From a virus: a stretch of 64,000 bases of DNA. A model generated the notes under the pieces. It saw nothing but the letters and a program-made list of their open reading frames with translations, searched no databases and was not told the DNA's origin. Positions 22,888 to 32,634 of this stretch are shown here, piece after piece (the first letter of the stretch is position 1; each line of letters opens with the position of its first letter). The stretch covers positions 23,975-87,974 of the IMG/VR virus record IMGVR_UViG_3300033977_000049, one strand, 5' to 3'. Made by a program: the position numbers and the translations under genes.

Positions 22888-23229
22888 TTACATTTCTTCT
22901 ATGCCGTAAATATAGCCGCTGACGGCACCGCTTGCCGTTACGTCGAGATAAAGTTTATTATTTTGTGTGCTAGATAGATATCCGGAATACGGAAATTGTG
23001 CGACAATGCCAATTCCCGCTGCCAGTAATGGAGTGCGTATAAATTCCGTTCCGCTTCCATCTTCAAAAAGAATACTACCGGCAACGCTTAATGATAAAGC
23101 CCATCCTAATAGCCTAAACCATTTACCGGTAGCTGGAGTCCAAACCGCTACGGGAGTTCCAGCGGTAATAGATGTAGCTTTTAGTTCATTTATAACCAAC
23201 TTTATTTGGTCTAATCTGTCTAAAATCAT
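22888..23229 (-). CDS. Small beta-rich virion protein
   Basis: 113 aa, beta-strand pattern, in tail operon. Confidence 0.5.
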   Translation of the reverse strand: MILDRLDQIKLVINELKATSITAGTPVAVWTPATGKWFRLLGWALSLSVAGSILFEDGSGTEFIRTPLLAAGIGIVAQFPYSGYLSSTQNNKLYLDVTASGAVSGYIYGIEEM

Positions 23230-23238
23230 AATTGCTCC

Positions 23239-23499
23239 TTAATAACTGGAGAAAAATTGTGCTAAGCTGGGGTCTTCCGCCAGCCTGTTTTTAATCATGC
23301 CATGAATCGGGGCATCGGGTGCAATGCCTTCCAGGGCGGTATTCCATGCAAGAAAATAATTATTCCATACAGCTTTTTGCGCTATGGATTTTCCGGATAA
23401 TATTTGGGCACACGAATTTCTAGTACTATAGGGAAAGAAAATATTTCCTACTATATCCAAGAGTATATTGGGAGGCATTGCATCAAAAGGAAGGGCCAT
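23239..23499 (-). CDS. Hypothetical protein
   Basis: 86-aa ORF coupled to neighbours. Confidence 0.55.
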   Translation of the reverse strand: MALPFDAMPPNILLDIVGNIFFPYSTRNSCAQILSGKSIAQKAVWNNYFLAWNTALEGIAPDAPIHGMIKNRLAEDPSLAQFFSSY

Positions 23500-23758
23500 G
23501 TAAATGTTTCTTTAAATAAATTATACCAAAAGCCAAGAGTGCTCCTATTAAATAAGCTGTGGTATCATGCCAGCCACTCTGAATAGTTTGTTCTTCTACG
23601 ATAATATCAAAAATAAACTCCTTCAAAATTGACCAGATAATGAGCAGCAGAAATGCCAGCTTTATATGCTTAAAATAAGCGCCGGTCATGATAAAGGCAT
23701 AACCAGCAGCAATATGGGCCAAACAACAAATTAAAGCATCTGAAGGTGCCCAAATCAT
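23483..23758 (-). CDS. Small membrane protein
   Basis: Three hydrophobic segments; H...KE..D...D pattern. Confidence 0.6.
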   Translation of the reverse strand: MIWAPSDALICCLAHIAAGYAFIMTGAYFKHIKLAFLLLIIWSILKEFIFDIIVEEQTIQSGWHDTTAYLIGALLAFGIIYLKKHLHGPSF

Positions 23759-23808
23759 AATTTGCTCATTTTACAAAAATCTGTGGTATAATAATCGTGG
23801 AGGATGCT

Positions 23809-24513
23809 ATGCCACGACCAGTTCACTTACGGGCTAATAATGGCCTAAAAATATGTTCAAAATGTCACCTAGAAAAGCCGCTATCGGAATTCTTTAAAGA
23901 TAAGCGGAATGCCTATGACGGCCTACAAGGGCACTGCAAAGATTGCCATAGACACGCTATTAAGAGATGGGGGTTGGCACATAGGAGAAAAATCCCCATT
24001 GTTATTGGCTCCGTTGATCCATTAAAAGAATTGCCACAGGGACCACCTAAAAATGAAAAAGGTAAATATGTCAGGGAGCCTATTATGGAAGGATCAAAAA
24101 TCTGTTCTCAATGCCATCAAAACAGGTTGGTTATTGAATATCAACCCCAATCTGAAAATTTAGATGGAAGGCGTAATATGTGCAATGAATGTCGTAGTTT
24201 AAGAAGAAGAAAATTTGACCAATTAAATCCAGAATTGGCAATTAAAAGAAATAGAAAAAATACTCTAAAACAGTTTCATAATATGACACTTGAAGAATAT
24301 AACAATTTATTAAAAAAGCAAAATAGAGTTTGTGCTATTTGTAAAAATCCTCAAAAATGGACGCAAACTAAAAATCTCGTTATAGATCACGATCATAAAA
24401 CAAATACAAGGCGAGGTTTATTATGTGTTCATTGTAATAGTATGTTAGGTCAGGCCCATGATAATCCTGACATTCTTCGCTCTGCCGCTGATTATTTAGA
24501 AAAATATTCCTAA
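23809..24513 (+). CDS. Endonuclease VII-like HNH nuclease with N-terminal Zn-ribbons, opposite strand
   Basis: CAIC...IDHDH...RGLLCVHCN.MLG; GGAGG before ATG 23809; TG/TATAAT-like -10 at ~23781-23794. Confidence 0.85.
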   Translation: MPRPVHLRANNGLKICSKCHLEKPLSEFFKDKRNAYDGLQGHCKDCHRHAIKRWGLAHRRKIPIVIGSVDPLKELPQGPPKNEKGKYVREPIMEGSKICSQCHQNRLVIEYQPQSENLDGRRNMCNECRSLRRRKFDQLNPELAIKRNRKNTLKQFHNMTLEEYNNLLKKQNRVCAICKNPQKWTQTKNLVIDHDHKTNTRRGLLCVHCNSMLGQAHDNPDILRSAADYLEKYS

Positions 24514-24638
24514 TTTATTCCTAGCCTATAAATATAATCTAATTATAATTTAATTCTTTGATTTTAAAGAAGATATTTTTATAATCAACATACATATGGG
24601 TTTTCAGGACCAAGGAAAATTGAATAAGTCCTTTATTA

Positions 24639-25637
24639 TCACCACTGTCCATATGCGTAAGGATTCGCGGGTCCTAGCGGATATCCGAAACTGCCTGCCC
24701 CTGTAATCCCACTACTAGGATAAAATGAAAATGCCTGCTGTTCTCTATCAGCCGCTCTCAATGCAGTATTCAAATCCAGCAACCATTGCTGAAATGCATC
24801 AACCGATTTTCTATCTCCGGCATCCTGGTGCTTTCTCAGCATCGATATAAATCCCTGGCGGAATAGATAGCTGTAATCATCTGGTATGGGTGTAATTAAA
24901 CTGGTTAATGAATTTAACTTGGGGGCTTTTTTCTGATATACACAATAAACGGACCATACGATACCCGATGATGGGGGAAGCGTAGACATTCTCAGGGCTG
25001 CACCAGCAGGATCGGCAACGGTCCATACAACTGTCCCATCAGAAACCGTTGTCCCCGGCGTGGCATTCATCGGTGCATACGGTGCCGTAGTTCCAGTAGT
25101 TCCCCATGTAGAAACAAATAAATAATTTCCATTGCTATCTATAATTTGTTGAATTGGACTTGCTGGACAAGTCGTAGCTCCTAATCCTGTAGGATAAAGA
25201 GTGTTAGCCAACCAAGTTCCATATATAGCAAGCGGAACGGGCACCCAGCAAATTCCAAATGGCTGCGCCTGCATATAAATAGGTTGTAAATCACGCACCG
25301 CTTCCATAGGAAAGAGTGGCTTGGGTATCGAAGTATTATTTATATCAACCCTAGTGCATGCCTCTAGCCATCCCATATCTATGATACTTGGATAGGTGCT
25401 ATAAAGAGCCTGCACGCCTATATAATCCTGCTGAAGGGCAACAGTACAAAATGGTGCAACATATTGCCGGTTCCATTTCCAATTCATGGGCTGTGCTAAC
25501 ATGCGTTGCATAACATCGTTAGCAATAGTAAGCGCTGGTTCTTGTGCCCATCCAGCGTCCGGGAATAAAGAGACTAATTCCGGAATAGTTCTGGCAAAGT
25601 GAAGAACTTGATCTATCGTTATTGTAGTGCTAGGCAT
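24639..25637 (-). CDS. Head-tail adaptor/ring protein paralog 3
   Basis: EPALTIA...WKWNR...PIPDDYSYL shared with the two upstream genes. Confidence 0.6.
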   Translation of the reverse strand: MPSTTITIDQVLHFARTIPELVSLFPDAGWAQEPALTIANDVMQRMLAQPMNWKWNRQYVAPFCTVALQQDYIGVQALYSTYPSIIDMGWLEACTRVDINNTSIPKPLFPMEAVRDLQPIYMQAQPFGICWVPVPLAIYGTWLANTLYPTGLGATTCPASPIQQIIDSNGNYLFVSTWGTTGTTAPYAPMNATPGTTVSDGTVVWTVADPAGAALRMSTLPPSSGIVWSVYCVYQKKAPKLNSLTSLITPIPDDYSYLFRQGFISMLRKHQDAGDRKSVDAFQQWLLDLNTALRAADREQQAFSFYPSSGITGAGSFGYPLGPANPYAYGQW

Positions 25638-25638
25638 A

Positions 25639-26385
25639 TTATGCTCCGCGTGGCTGTTGCTGAACTTGCATTCCTAGTTCAGCGCGGGATGTCACAATGC
25701 GTTGCACATCCTTTTGAGTTATAAGGCGCTCTTTAAGAAATATATTTCTTTCAGTTTCGGTTAGCCCGGTATTCGCCGCCACGACTTGCCGGATAAATAA
25801 ATCCATGGCAACCTCGGCACGGGGATCGCCTGAATATTCATAGCTTCGGGCAATAAAACCCTGCTCGATTAAATAAAAGAATTGATCCGGCACTGGAGAA
25901 AATGTTCCACTTAAAGCTGTTAATCTGGCCGGGGCTTGCTGGAAAACCACTACCACGCTATATGCCTGATCGGAAAGTGGAAATAATCTAAAAGTAACAT
26001 TTCCAGTAGATGGATCTTGTTTAAAAACGCAAATACTATTGGGCCTCATTACGGTTTGATCTATGCCCAATACATGCCTAACATTTAGAGTTAAATTACT
26101 AGGGCTAGTCCCCGCAATGCTTAAATTGGCATTTTCGATATATCCATATGCTGTTAAAGCACTAACTACATTATCTTGCGTACTTGTGCTGGCAGTAAAG
26201 GTTGTGGTATTGCGATTCCAGGGATAGCTAAATGGAGGAGAAAGAATAAATGAAAGAACATAGTTGGCAATGGATAGGGCAGGTTCCATGCTCCATCCTG
26301 AAATTGCATTAATTGGTATTAACGATGGATTAGCCCTTGCATATCTTACAAGGTCATTAACTGTATAGGTGGAAATGCCCGCCAT
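25639..26385 (-). CDS. Head-tail adaptor/ring protein paralog 2
   Basis: EPALSIA...YPWNR...FRLFP..DQAY...PVPDQFFYL; likely start MAGIS at 26385. Confidence 0.6.
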   Translation of the reverse strand: MAGISTYTVNDLVRYARANPSLIPINAISGWSMEPALSIANYVLSFILSPPFSYPWNRNTTTFTASTSTQDNVVSALTAYGYIENANLSIAGTSPSNLTLNVRHVLGIDQTVMRPNSICVFKQDPSTGNVTFRLFPLSDQAYSVVVVFQQAPARLTALSGTFSPVPDQFFYLIEQGFIARSYEYSGDPRAEVAMDLFIRQVVAANTGLTETERNIFLKERLITQKDVQRIVTSRAELGMQVQQQPRGA

Positions 26386-26386
26386 A

Positions 26387-27127
26387 TTAACCTCGTTCCG
26401 CAATATTATAACGAACGCTTTGCGGAGGTTCTTTCATTTGAGTACCCGAATAGTCTGCCATGCGATTGCGCAAATGAAGATTTTGCTGCGTTTCCCCTTG
26501 GCCTGCATGATGGGAATTAAGCATTTGGAAAAAGTTATTCATGATATAGGCAAATCGCTCATCACCCTTTTGCTCATAAGCCTTAGCCATAAATCCCGTA
26601 TTATATATATAACTAAGAAAATCGGGGATGGGTGTCCATGTTCCGGTAGTGGCAGTAAAGAGAGGAGCTTGGGATTGCGCGATAAGGGTTACGGTATAAG
26701 CTTGATCGGGGGTAGGAAAAATTCTAAAACCAATATTACCGGCATTATCATCTGTTTGAACGGCAATAGCAGTTGGCTCAGATGTAGTAGTATCTATAGC
26801 CAGGGAATCTCTAATAAATAATTCTTTAACTACGCCGGTTGTACTGATAACAGCTTTTTCCAGCCATCCAAAATTAGTTATGGATGTAGAATAATCCTGA
26901 CCCCCGGCAGTGGATATTGATAAGGTGGGATATGGAGTTATCCGATTCCACCTCCAGGCATAGGGTGGTGCGAGCATGGCTTGGCGAACCCAATCTCCCA
27001 TACTAAGAGCCGGTTCATTGGAGAAACCAGAAATAGCTCCAAGACCTACAAGGGGGCGCATTTGCACGAAAGTCTGTACAAATGCCACAGTACGGGCAAG
27101 TGTATTCGTACAGTTAGAATACGGCAT
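26387..27127 (-). CDS. Head-tail adaptor/ring protein paralog 1
   Basis: EPALSMG...WRWNR...FRIFPTPDQAY...PIPDFLSYI. Confidence 0.6.
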   Translation of the reverse strand: MPYSNCTNTLARTVAFVQTFVQMRPLVGLGAISGFSNEPALSMGDWVRQAMLAPPYAWRWNRITPYPTLSISTAGGQDYSTSITNFGWLEKAVISTTGVVKELFIRDSLAIDTTTSEPTAIAVQTDDNAGNIGFRIFPTPDQAYTVTLIAQSQAPLFTATTGTWTPIPDFLSYIYNTGFMAKAYEQKGDERFAYIMNNFFQMLNSHHAGQGETQQNLHLRNRMADYSGTQMKEPPQSVRYNIAERG

Positions 27128-27141
27128 TTAAATATCCAGAT

Positions 27142-27657
27142 TTATTCTTTCTTACCTTGACCTAGGCGGATAGCTTTGGCGGGATCGGTAAAGGTTCTCC
27201 GACCAGAAGCAGAGGGTTGATTTCCAGACTTCTTTCGCATGAATAAGTTATAATCCGGATCTCCCTGTCTCCATACTCGCGTGCAATTGGTGCAAATACC
27301 AATCACTTCTCCGCTATCCAAATAATGCTTAATAATAGCAGTTAAACCGTAGGGACTTTTAAAATCGCTTTGACTATTTGAACCCTGAATATGTTCACAA
27401 CTCTGTTGGTCAAGAAGGCGATTAGCCTCTAGCTGTTCCCGCTGCTTTTTCATGGCAGCCCTAATGCGCCTATTATTTTCATCTACAACAGGGCTTACAT
27501 AAGGTTCGCGGGACTTGATAATAGCCTCGACAAGCGCTTTTTGCTGTTCGGCTTGCTGGTCAGCTATTTTTCCTATCAATTCTGCAAGATCATTCTTGGT
27601 AAGAGTAATTTTTTGTTCGTCTCCTGCGAAAGCAGGATCTTCTACCTTATTAGTCAT
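27142..27657 (-). CDS. Hypothetical morphogenesis protein, possible Zn site
   Basis: AGGAG RBS; coiled coil plus CEH...CTNC. Confidence 0.6.
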   Translation of the reverse strand: MTNKVEDPAFAGDEQKITLTKNDLAELIGKIADQQAEQQKALVEAIIKSREPYVSPVVDENNRRIRAAMKKQREQLEANRLLDQQSCEHIQGSNSQSDFKSPYGLTAIIKHYLDSGEVIGICTNCTRVWRQGDPDYNLFMRKKSGNQPSASGRRTFTDPAKAIRLGQGKKE

Positions 27658-27676
27658 TTCATTCTCCTTAACTCGG

Positions 27677-28417
27677 TTACAATCCGGTAACCACGGTTGA
27701 GTTAGGCCCTTTTATCAGACGGCTGCGAAGATTGTATAAATCCCGCCTCCATACAATACTAGCTGGCCCTTGTGCTTCACCAAAAGCTTTATTACAATCT
27801 TCTTCGGTGATTAATCCTTTTAAAATAAAGCGCATTAGTGGAGTGCGCCACCCGCGAATTTGTTCTTTAACTGGTACATCTCTGGAATTAAAAACATAAA
27901 TACTATATTCGGGAAGTGGCCCCATGGGAATGTAACCCATATAAGAATAATCTTTGCCATCTGCCTGGGGTCTACCATAAGCAACCCATAGGGCAATATC
28001 AAAAACAAATCTTCCGTCCATCAAATAAAGCAAACGATCTCCGCTTAAAGATACAAGTTTTCTTAATTTATTTAAAAACTCACTATGGTGCATCCATTTT
28101 CCGGATAAACGCGCTGCAACATTCATATAATCTTCTTGATTTTCCCAGCGCTGGATTTTAGTGCCTTCTAGATTATAATTTAATTCTTTAAGCCTGTGAA
28201 TATGTTCAGCGGTAGATAATTTAGGCGCCATTTCACATTGAGCGCATTGATTACGAACACCTTCACGATACGAAGAGTCTCGCCTAAAAGCTGAATGGGG
28301 TAAAATATTCCAACAACTTTGGCATTGTTTCCAATTGGGGGTATTTATTGTTTGATCTAAAACCTCTAGGGGAACCGGAATTCCGTTATGTCCCAAAATC
28401 TGCTCTGCTGTCAGCAT
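27677..28417 (-). CDS. Hypothetical protein with N-terminal Zn-ribbon
   Basis: CQSC...CAQC; 246 aa. Confidence 0.6.
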   Translation of the reverse strand: MLTAEQILGHNGIPVPLEVLDQTINTPNWKQCQSCWNILPHSAFRRDSSYREGVRNQCAQCEMAPKLSTAEHIHRLKELNYNLEGTKIQRWENQEDYMNVAARLSGKWMHHSEFLNKLRKLVSLSGDRLLYLMDGRFVFDIALWVAYGRPQADGKDYSYMGYIPMGPLPEYSIYVFNSRDVPVKEQIRGWRTPLMRFILKGLITEEDCNKAFGEAQGPASIVWRRDLYNLRSRLIKGPNSTVVTGL

Positions 28418-28428
28418 TTTGTTAACTC

Positions 28429-29067
28429 CTAAGTGAAAACTTCTTCTCTTTTGCTAATTCTTTCTAGATCAGGCTTGAATATTGGATCTGCCTGTAATTT
28501 TCCGTTTGCAAGATATACCATGGCCACTCCCCCTGGCTGGACAAGGGTACGGGTATGGTCTTGATGTAAGAGTACGCCCAATTCATGTACTATACTAGAA
28601 TGGCCTGAAATGATATCCGGTATTCCAGTTGCCAATCCATGCTCTATTCCTTCTAAAATAACAGGATCAACTCTCCGGCGAAAATCATTCAAAGTTTCTC
28701 CTCCGGGAAATGGGATATCTGGATATAATACGGTATAGTAATGAACAATGTTTTCTGTTTCTGGGTTTCGCTCTTTGCCGCTAAGCTCTCCGACATCTAA
28801 AGCATGTAATTGTTCTGTATAAATCGGAGTAATACCCTTTTTACGGCCAATAATATCAGAAGTCTGGACTGATCTTAATTTATCAGAAGAAACAATTAAT
28901 CCCACTTCGAGTGGTTCAAAGAAATAGGCCAAAACATTAGCATCTTTAAAGCCTTGTTTATCCAGGGGTGGATTGGCCGGACCGCGAAATTTATGCTGTT
29001 CGTTTAAAACGGTTGTGCCATGGCGCACAACATATAAAACAGGAATTTTATCTGGATTTTGGGCCAT
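28429..29067 (-). CDS. Histidine phosphatase family protein
   Basis: LYVVRHG, SSDKLRSVQT, PGGET, SGH catalytic motifs. Confidence 0.9.
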   Translation of the reverse strand: MAQNPDKIPVLYVVRHGTTVLNEQHKFRGPANPPLDKQGFKDANVLAYFFEPLEVGLIVSSDKLRSVQTSDIIGRKKGITPIYTEQLHALDVGELSGKERNPETENIVHYYTVLYPDIPFPGGETLNDFRRRVDPVILEGIEHGLATGIPDIISGHSSIVHELGVLLHQDHTRTLVQPGGVAMVYLANGKLQADPIFKPDLERISKREEVFT

Positions 29068-29268
29068 GTTATATCCTAATCGTAAAATATAGCATTAAGA
29101 TTTGGCATTCCGTTTTTAGTGGTTACGGATGCTTGGAATGGACTGTCAGATGTTCCGCTGGCAGGGTTTGAAGGATCTGATATTACTCTTCCGCACTCTT
29201 TGCACATATTTCCGGGAGTTAAAAAATAAACCAAAACCCATTTCTTACAAAATTGGCAATATTTCATA

Positions 29269-29541
29269 TTATTGGGTGGGATTTTGAGAATTGCTTTTTC
29301 CATTCCAACTAGGATGGGAAGTAATAACTTCCGCACCTTTATCTAATCCATAAAGGGCAGATAAAAATATCGTACCACCACTCCAATCCGGCATAGCGTG
29401 GGTTTTCAATAAAACATGCATTCCACATGCCAACACTACAACAGCGGCAGCGGCAAAAGCTATCTTGCCTATAGAAAGAGTTCCGTCGGGATCTTCAAAA
29501 AGCTGGCGGATATCTGTATATAGTGTAGATAGTATTGTCAT
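29269..29541 (-). CDS. Holin-like two-TM protein
   Basis: DPDGTLSIGK followed by two hydrophobic helices. Confidence 0.5.
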   Translation of the reverse strand: MTILSTLYTDIRQLFEDPDGTLSIGKIAFAAAAVVVLACGMHVLLKTHAMPDWSGGTIFLSALYGLDKGAEVITSHPSWNGKSNSQNPTQ

Positions 29542-29810
29542 TAATATTCAACTTCCTTGTATAATTTATAATCGTTCCTATACATTTTACTATGTCTAAA
29601 TGTAAATTTGGGTAAATATGCATTGCCATTGACAGAGTTTGCGATATATTTTTTATCGCCAATAAATAATATAACAGTAAGCCTATCGGTTATCAATTTT
29701 TCCAAAAATCCAGCAGGATCACATACGCCGGGGGAATAATATATACGATTGCTACAATTTCTACACAATTTATTATTTTTAATATGTTGAAATGTTATTT
29801 TCATGGACAC
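29541..29810 (-). CDS. Hypothetical protein
   Basis: GAGG RBS; coupled ORF. Confidence 0.5.
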   Translation of the reverse strand: MSMKITFQHIKNNKLCRNCSNRIYYSPGVCDPAGFLEKLITDRLTVILFIGDKKYIANSVNGNAYLPKFTFRHSKMYRNDYKLYKEVEY

Positions 29811-30000
29811 CTCGTTAAGGCTGTATTTTTTGTCCGCATAGCGGACACTTTTTAGGCGCTATCCCTATCCAAATCCATCCGCAAAAACATTTTACGTCTT
29901 CACAGATATCTTTCTTTGTTAAAACCATCGTACAATTTGGGCACTTACGAACCCAAACTAAATCTTCTCTGTAGGCCATAAAGCCTCCAGAATGCATAAA

Positions 30001-30312
30001 TTACTTACATAGCAATGGAACTGGTGTACTTATATTCCATGTGCTTTCATGTTTACAGCGGCATCGATATGTATAAATTCCTAAAAGATCATTTGTAATA
30101 TAAATTATTGTTAAAGGATCTGAGCATAATTCATTATTACAAGCGGGACAATAAATATAAGTTACCTGATTTTTAACACCATGATTTTCATCACATTTTT
30201 CCAAAGACCACATGGGTATTTGTATCCAGCGCGTACCAAATAAAAATCCGGTTACTTTAGCCCATTTACCTCGCTTATATTTTCGATACCATTTGAAATT
30301 TTCCAAAAACAT
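30001..30312 (-). CDS. Cys-rich hypothetical protein
   Basis: Likely start MFLENFKWY at 30312; upstream part of the track ORF is hairpin-rich. Confidence 0.5.
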   Translation of the reverse strand: MFLENFKWYRKYKRGKWAKVTGFLFGTRWIQIPMWSLEKCDENHGVKNQVTYIYCPACNNELCSDPLTIIYITNDLLGIYTYRCRCKHESTWNISTPVPLLCK

Positions 30313-30334
30313 AAATTCTTCTGTTAATGAAAAT

Positions 30335-30530
30335 CCTTTGGGCTGCCGGGTGGCAGCGCGACAGCCCCAAGGGTGGCGTACAACTAATCTGCCAATTAGT
30401 TCATCGCCAAAAGCCACATCTTTTAATGGGGCTTAGCTATCTTCCAATCCGGTTTCAAGCCTATAAACCCATCAATCATGCGGCGTGCTCGCCCATTATA
30501 TTGTTATATTAGGGGGCGAGAAGTGAGGGA
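30335..30530 (-). ncRNA. Candidate structured RNA (four tandem stem-loops) downstream of capsid gene
   Basis: Minus-strand stems CTCGCCC/GGGCGAG, GCCGCAT..TGATGGG/CCCATTA..ATGTGGC, TGGCG..AACTAAT/ATTAGTT..CGCCA, GGGCTGTCG/CGGCAGCCC. Confidence 0.45.
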
Positions 30531-30590
30531 AAATATATATATTTTCCCCCAAAAATCATTAGCAATCGTTCTGTATAATCAATCCGATTA

Positions 30591-31491
30591 TTAAGGAGCG
30601 ACAGCTTCAATCCTACGCAGAGTCATAACGGAGCCGGGTCGCAATGTGTTAGTATATTTCACATTATATGAAACCCAACCACCAATTTGACGGGCAGGAT
30701 CGGAAACGGAACCACTAGCTGGTGCCTCTTGGATCATGAGGCGGTAATTTTTCTCACCAGTTGTGGGGTTTTTACCCAAGAACACACTGAATATAGCGTC
30801 ATCACCAAATACATATGTGATATATTTGGGAACGCCATCCACGGTCGGCGTGGGGCAAGTCGTGGTTTGCTTGAAGCGGCATCCGGCAAATTCGATCACT
30901 TCATCATCAGTGAGAGGAGAGAACAATTTGCGGACGGTACTTTCATTGCGCTTCAAAATGTCAGTCAATCCATTGTTAGTTGTGTCGTTAAGAATATCCT
31001 CAACAACATAAGGATGAATAATGCCTCCCCAATAACCATCTTTGGTTAGGGGGCGAGCATTAACGCCCTTAAGAGACTGAGTAGCAGCACGGATAGTCGA
31101 TGCGGTAACGAGTGCACCACCAGTAAGGTCGATGTTTACATTACCATCAACCGCCGCAGCAGCATCAGCCGTCAACTGAACAAGGGTATTAAGAGACAGT
31201 GCCAACCGGTAATTCAGTTCGGTAGCCAAATTTTGGAGCAGAGACGGATCATCAATTGCCACGTCCATCGCTAGATCGGAACTGTTAATAAAATCACAAT
31301 ATTGTCCGATTGTGGCGACTATCTTTGACGTAGACTCTGAGATCGGAGATCCAACTGAACCTTCACTAGCAGGTTGAGTGTTAGCACCAAATAGCGAATA
31401 AGTGAAGAATTGGATCTGGTTCCCGGCATGGAGCGGAAGGGGCTTCTGCTTAGTCATAAGCAAGAAGGGCGTTTCCGCTTTCAGGTTTGGG
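30591..31491 (-). CDS. Major capsid protein, exon 2
   Basis: Resumes C-CCA-AAC-CTG after terminal G; KQKPLP..AGNQIQF, EGS, IIHPYV..DI, DPARQ.G fit an N4-gp56-like HK97 capsid; spliced product 326 aa. Confidence 0.85.
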
Positions 31492-32509
31492 CAAATGTGT
31501 TTAGGCTTTAATTATCACTAATAAAGCGCTCTACATGTTACCATGTAGTTCGGACTCTATCTTAACTTCCAAAGAAGTTTCCGGCGTATTAGTCTCTGGG
31601 GATAATGGCTGATAAAGTTTTTGGAATTGTTGATATAAATCTTCTCTAGCTTCCTGATTTACTTTACTATCTAAACGTATAAATTGTAAAATCAAGTTTG
31701 CTTCTTGTTTTTTTAATATTAAATATGGCAATATTGCCAGTAGAAGATTTTCTTGAATTTCATTCCCGAATATAGTCCATCGGAAAGCAGGTATATAATT
31801 TTCATTTGCAGAATGTTTTGGTTTAAATATTCCACCAAAATGTAAAACTAAATATTCCATTAATGCCCTACTGCAATTAGTAATATTTATAACCTTGTGA
31901 TAGCAATAGCCATTGGCATTATATTGTTTAGTTTTAATTATTCTTAAAGAACCCTCGCCATCGATTAATGCTGCAAGGTAGGAAAAATCTGATTTTGTAT
32001 TATGCATTAATCCAATAGATTTCGATGACCCGCTATTTAATATCTTACTTTTAAAATAAAAATTTTCACGTATATCGGGAATGATTTTATTTCCTAAATC
32101 AATAAAAGAAAGACATAATTTTGCCTGTTCTTTTTTAATGATAAGGGAATCTAAAACAGATAGTAACAGAGACTTTATCCTCTCTTTACCACCATGCGGT
32201 TCCCAATTAAAAGATCTTGTTCCGGGTTTAAAGGAACCGCCAAAATGCTTTATTAGGTAATTCATTAACCTTTTATCTTTATTAGATACGCTAAGATTAA
32301 TAGAATATCCCCAATAGCCTTTTTGATTTTTACAGCGATAGACACCAATATTGCCTTCTCCGTCAATTAATCCCGCAAGATAAGCATAATGTCTATCTTT
32401 TCTAGCCATTCTTTCCTCCGTCTAGTCCTCCCACAATCATTATAACATATTTTTTAAAAAATATGTGGATTTTGACGGATATAGCCGAATTTAAAGGCGA
32501 CCAAATTTT
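31492..32509 (-). mobile_element. Group I intron (1018 nt) in major capsid gene
   Basis: Exon ends GGCGAU pairing with intron GUCGCC (P1, U-G at splice site); UUUGG pairs exon-2 CCAAA (P10); P7 strands AGAGACU (31591-31597) and AAGAUAGAGUCCG (31551-31563); ends in G; splicing restores frame (ERQAI-PNLKAE). Confidence 0.9.
31531..32409 (-). CDS. Intron-encoded double-motif LAGLIDADG homing endonuclease
   Basis: YLAGLIDGEG and YLAALIDGEG; GGAGG RBS; TGnTATAAT just upstream. Confidence 0.93.
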   Translation of the reverse strand: MARKDRHYAYLAGLIDGEGNIGVYRCKNQKGYWGYSINLSVSNKDKRLMNYLIKHFGGSFKPGTRSFNWEPHGGKERIKSLLLSVLDSLIIKKEQAKLCLSFIDLGNKIIPDIRENFYFKSKILNSGSSKSIGLMHNTKSDFSYLAALIDGEGSLRIIKTKQYNANGYCYHKVINITNCSRALMEYLVLHFGGIFKPKHSANENYIPAFRWTIFGNEIQENLLLAILPYLILKKQEANLILQFIRLDSKVNQEAREDLYQQFQKLYQPLSPETNTPETSLEVKIESELHGNM

Positions 32510-32589
32510 ATCGCCTGACGCTCATAGAAAATGGCAACCAAGTTCGGGAATGTTCCCGAAGTTAACACCGAAGCAGGAGTATAACTCAT
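32510..32589 (-). CDS. Major capsid protein, exon 1
   Basis: Hand-translated MSYTPASVLTSGTFPNLVAIFYERQA + AT (80 nt), directly after the scaffold gene. Confidence 0.85.
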
Positions 32590-32634
32590 GGTTGTTTTGC
32601 CCTAAACGGGCTAAATACCTCTTGTTAAGATAGT

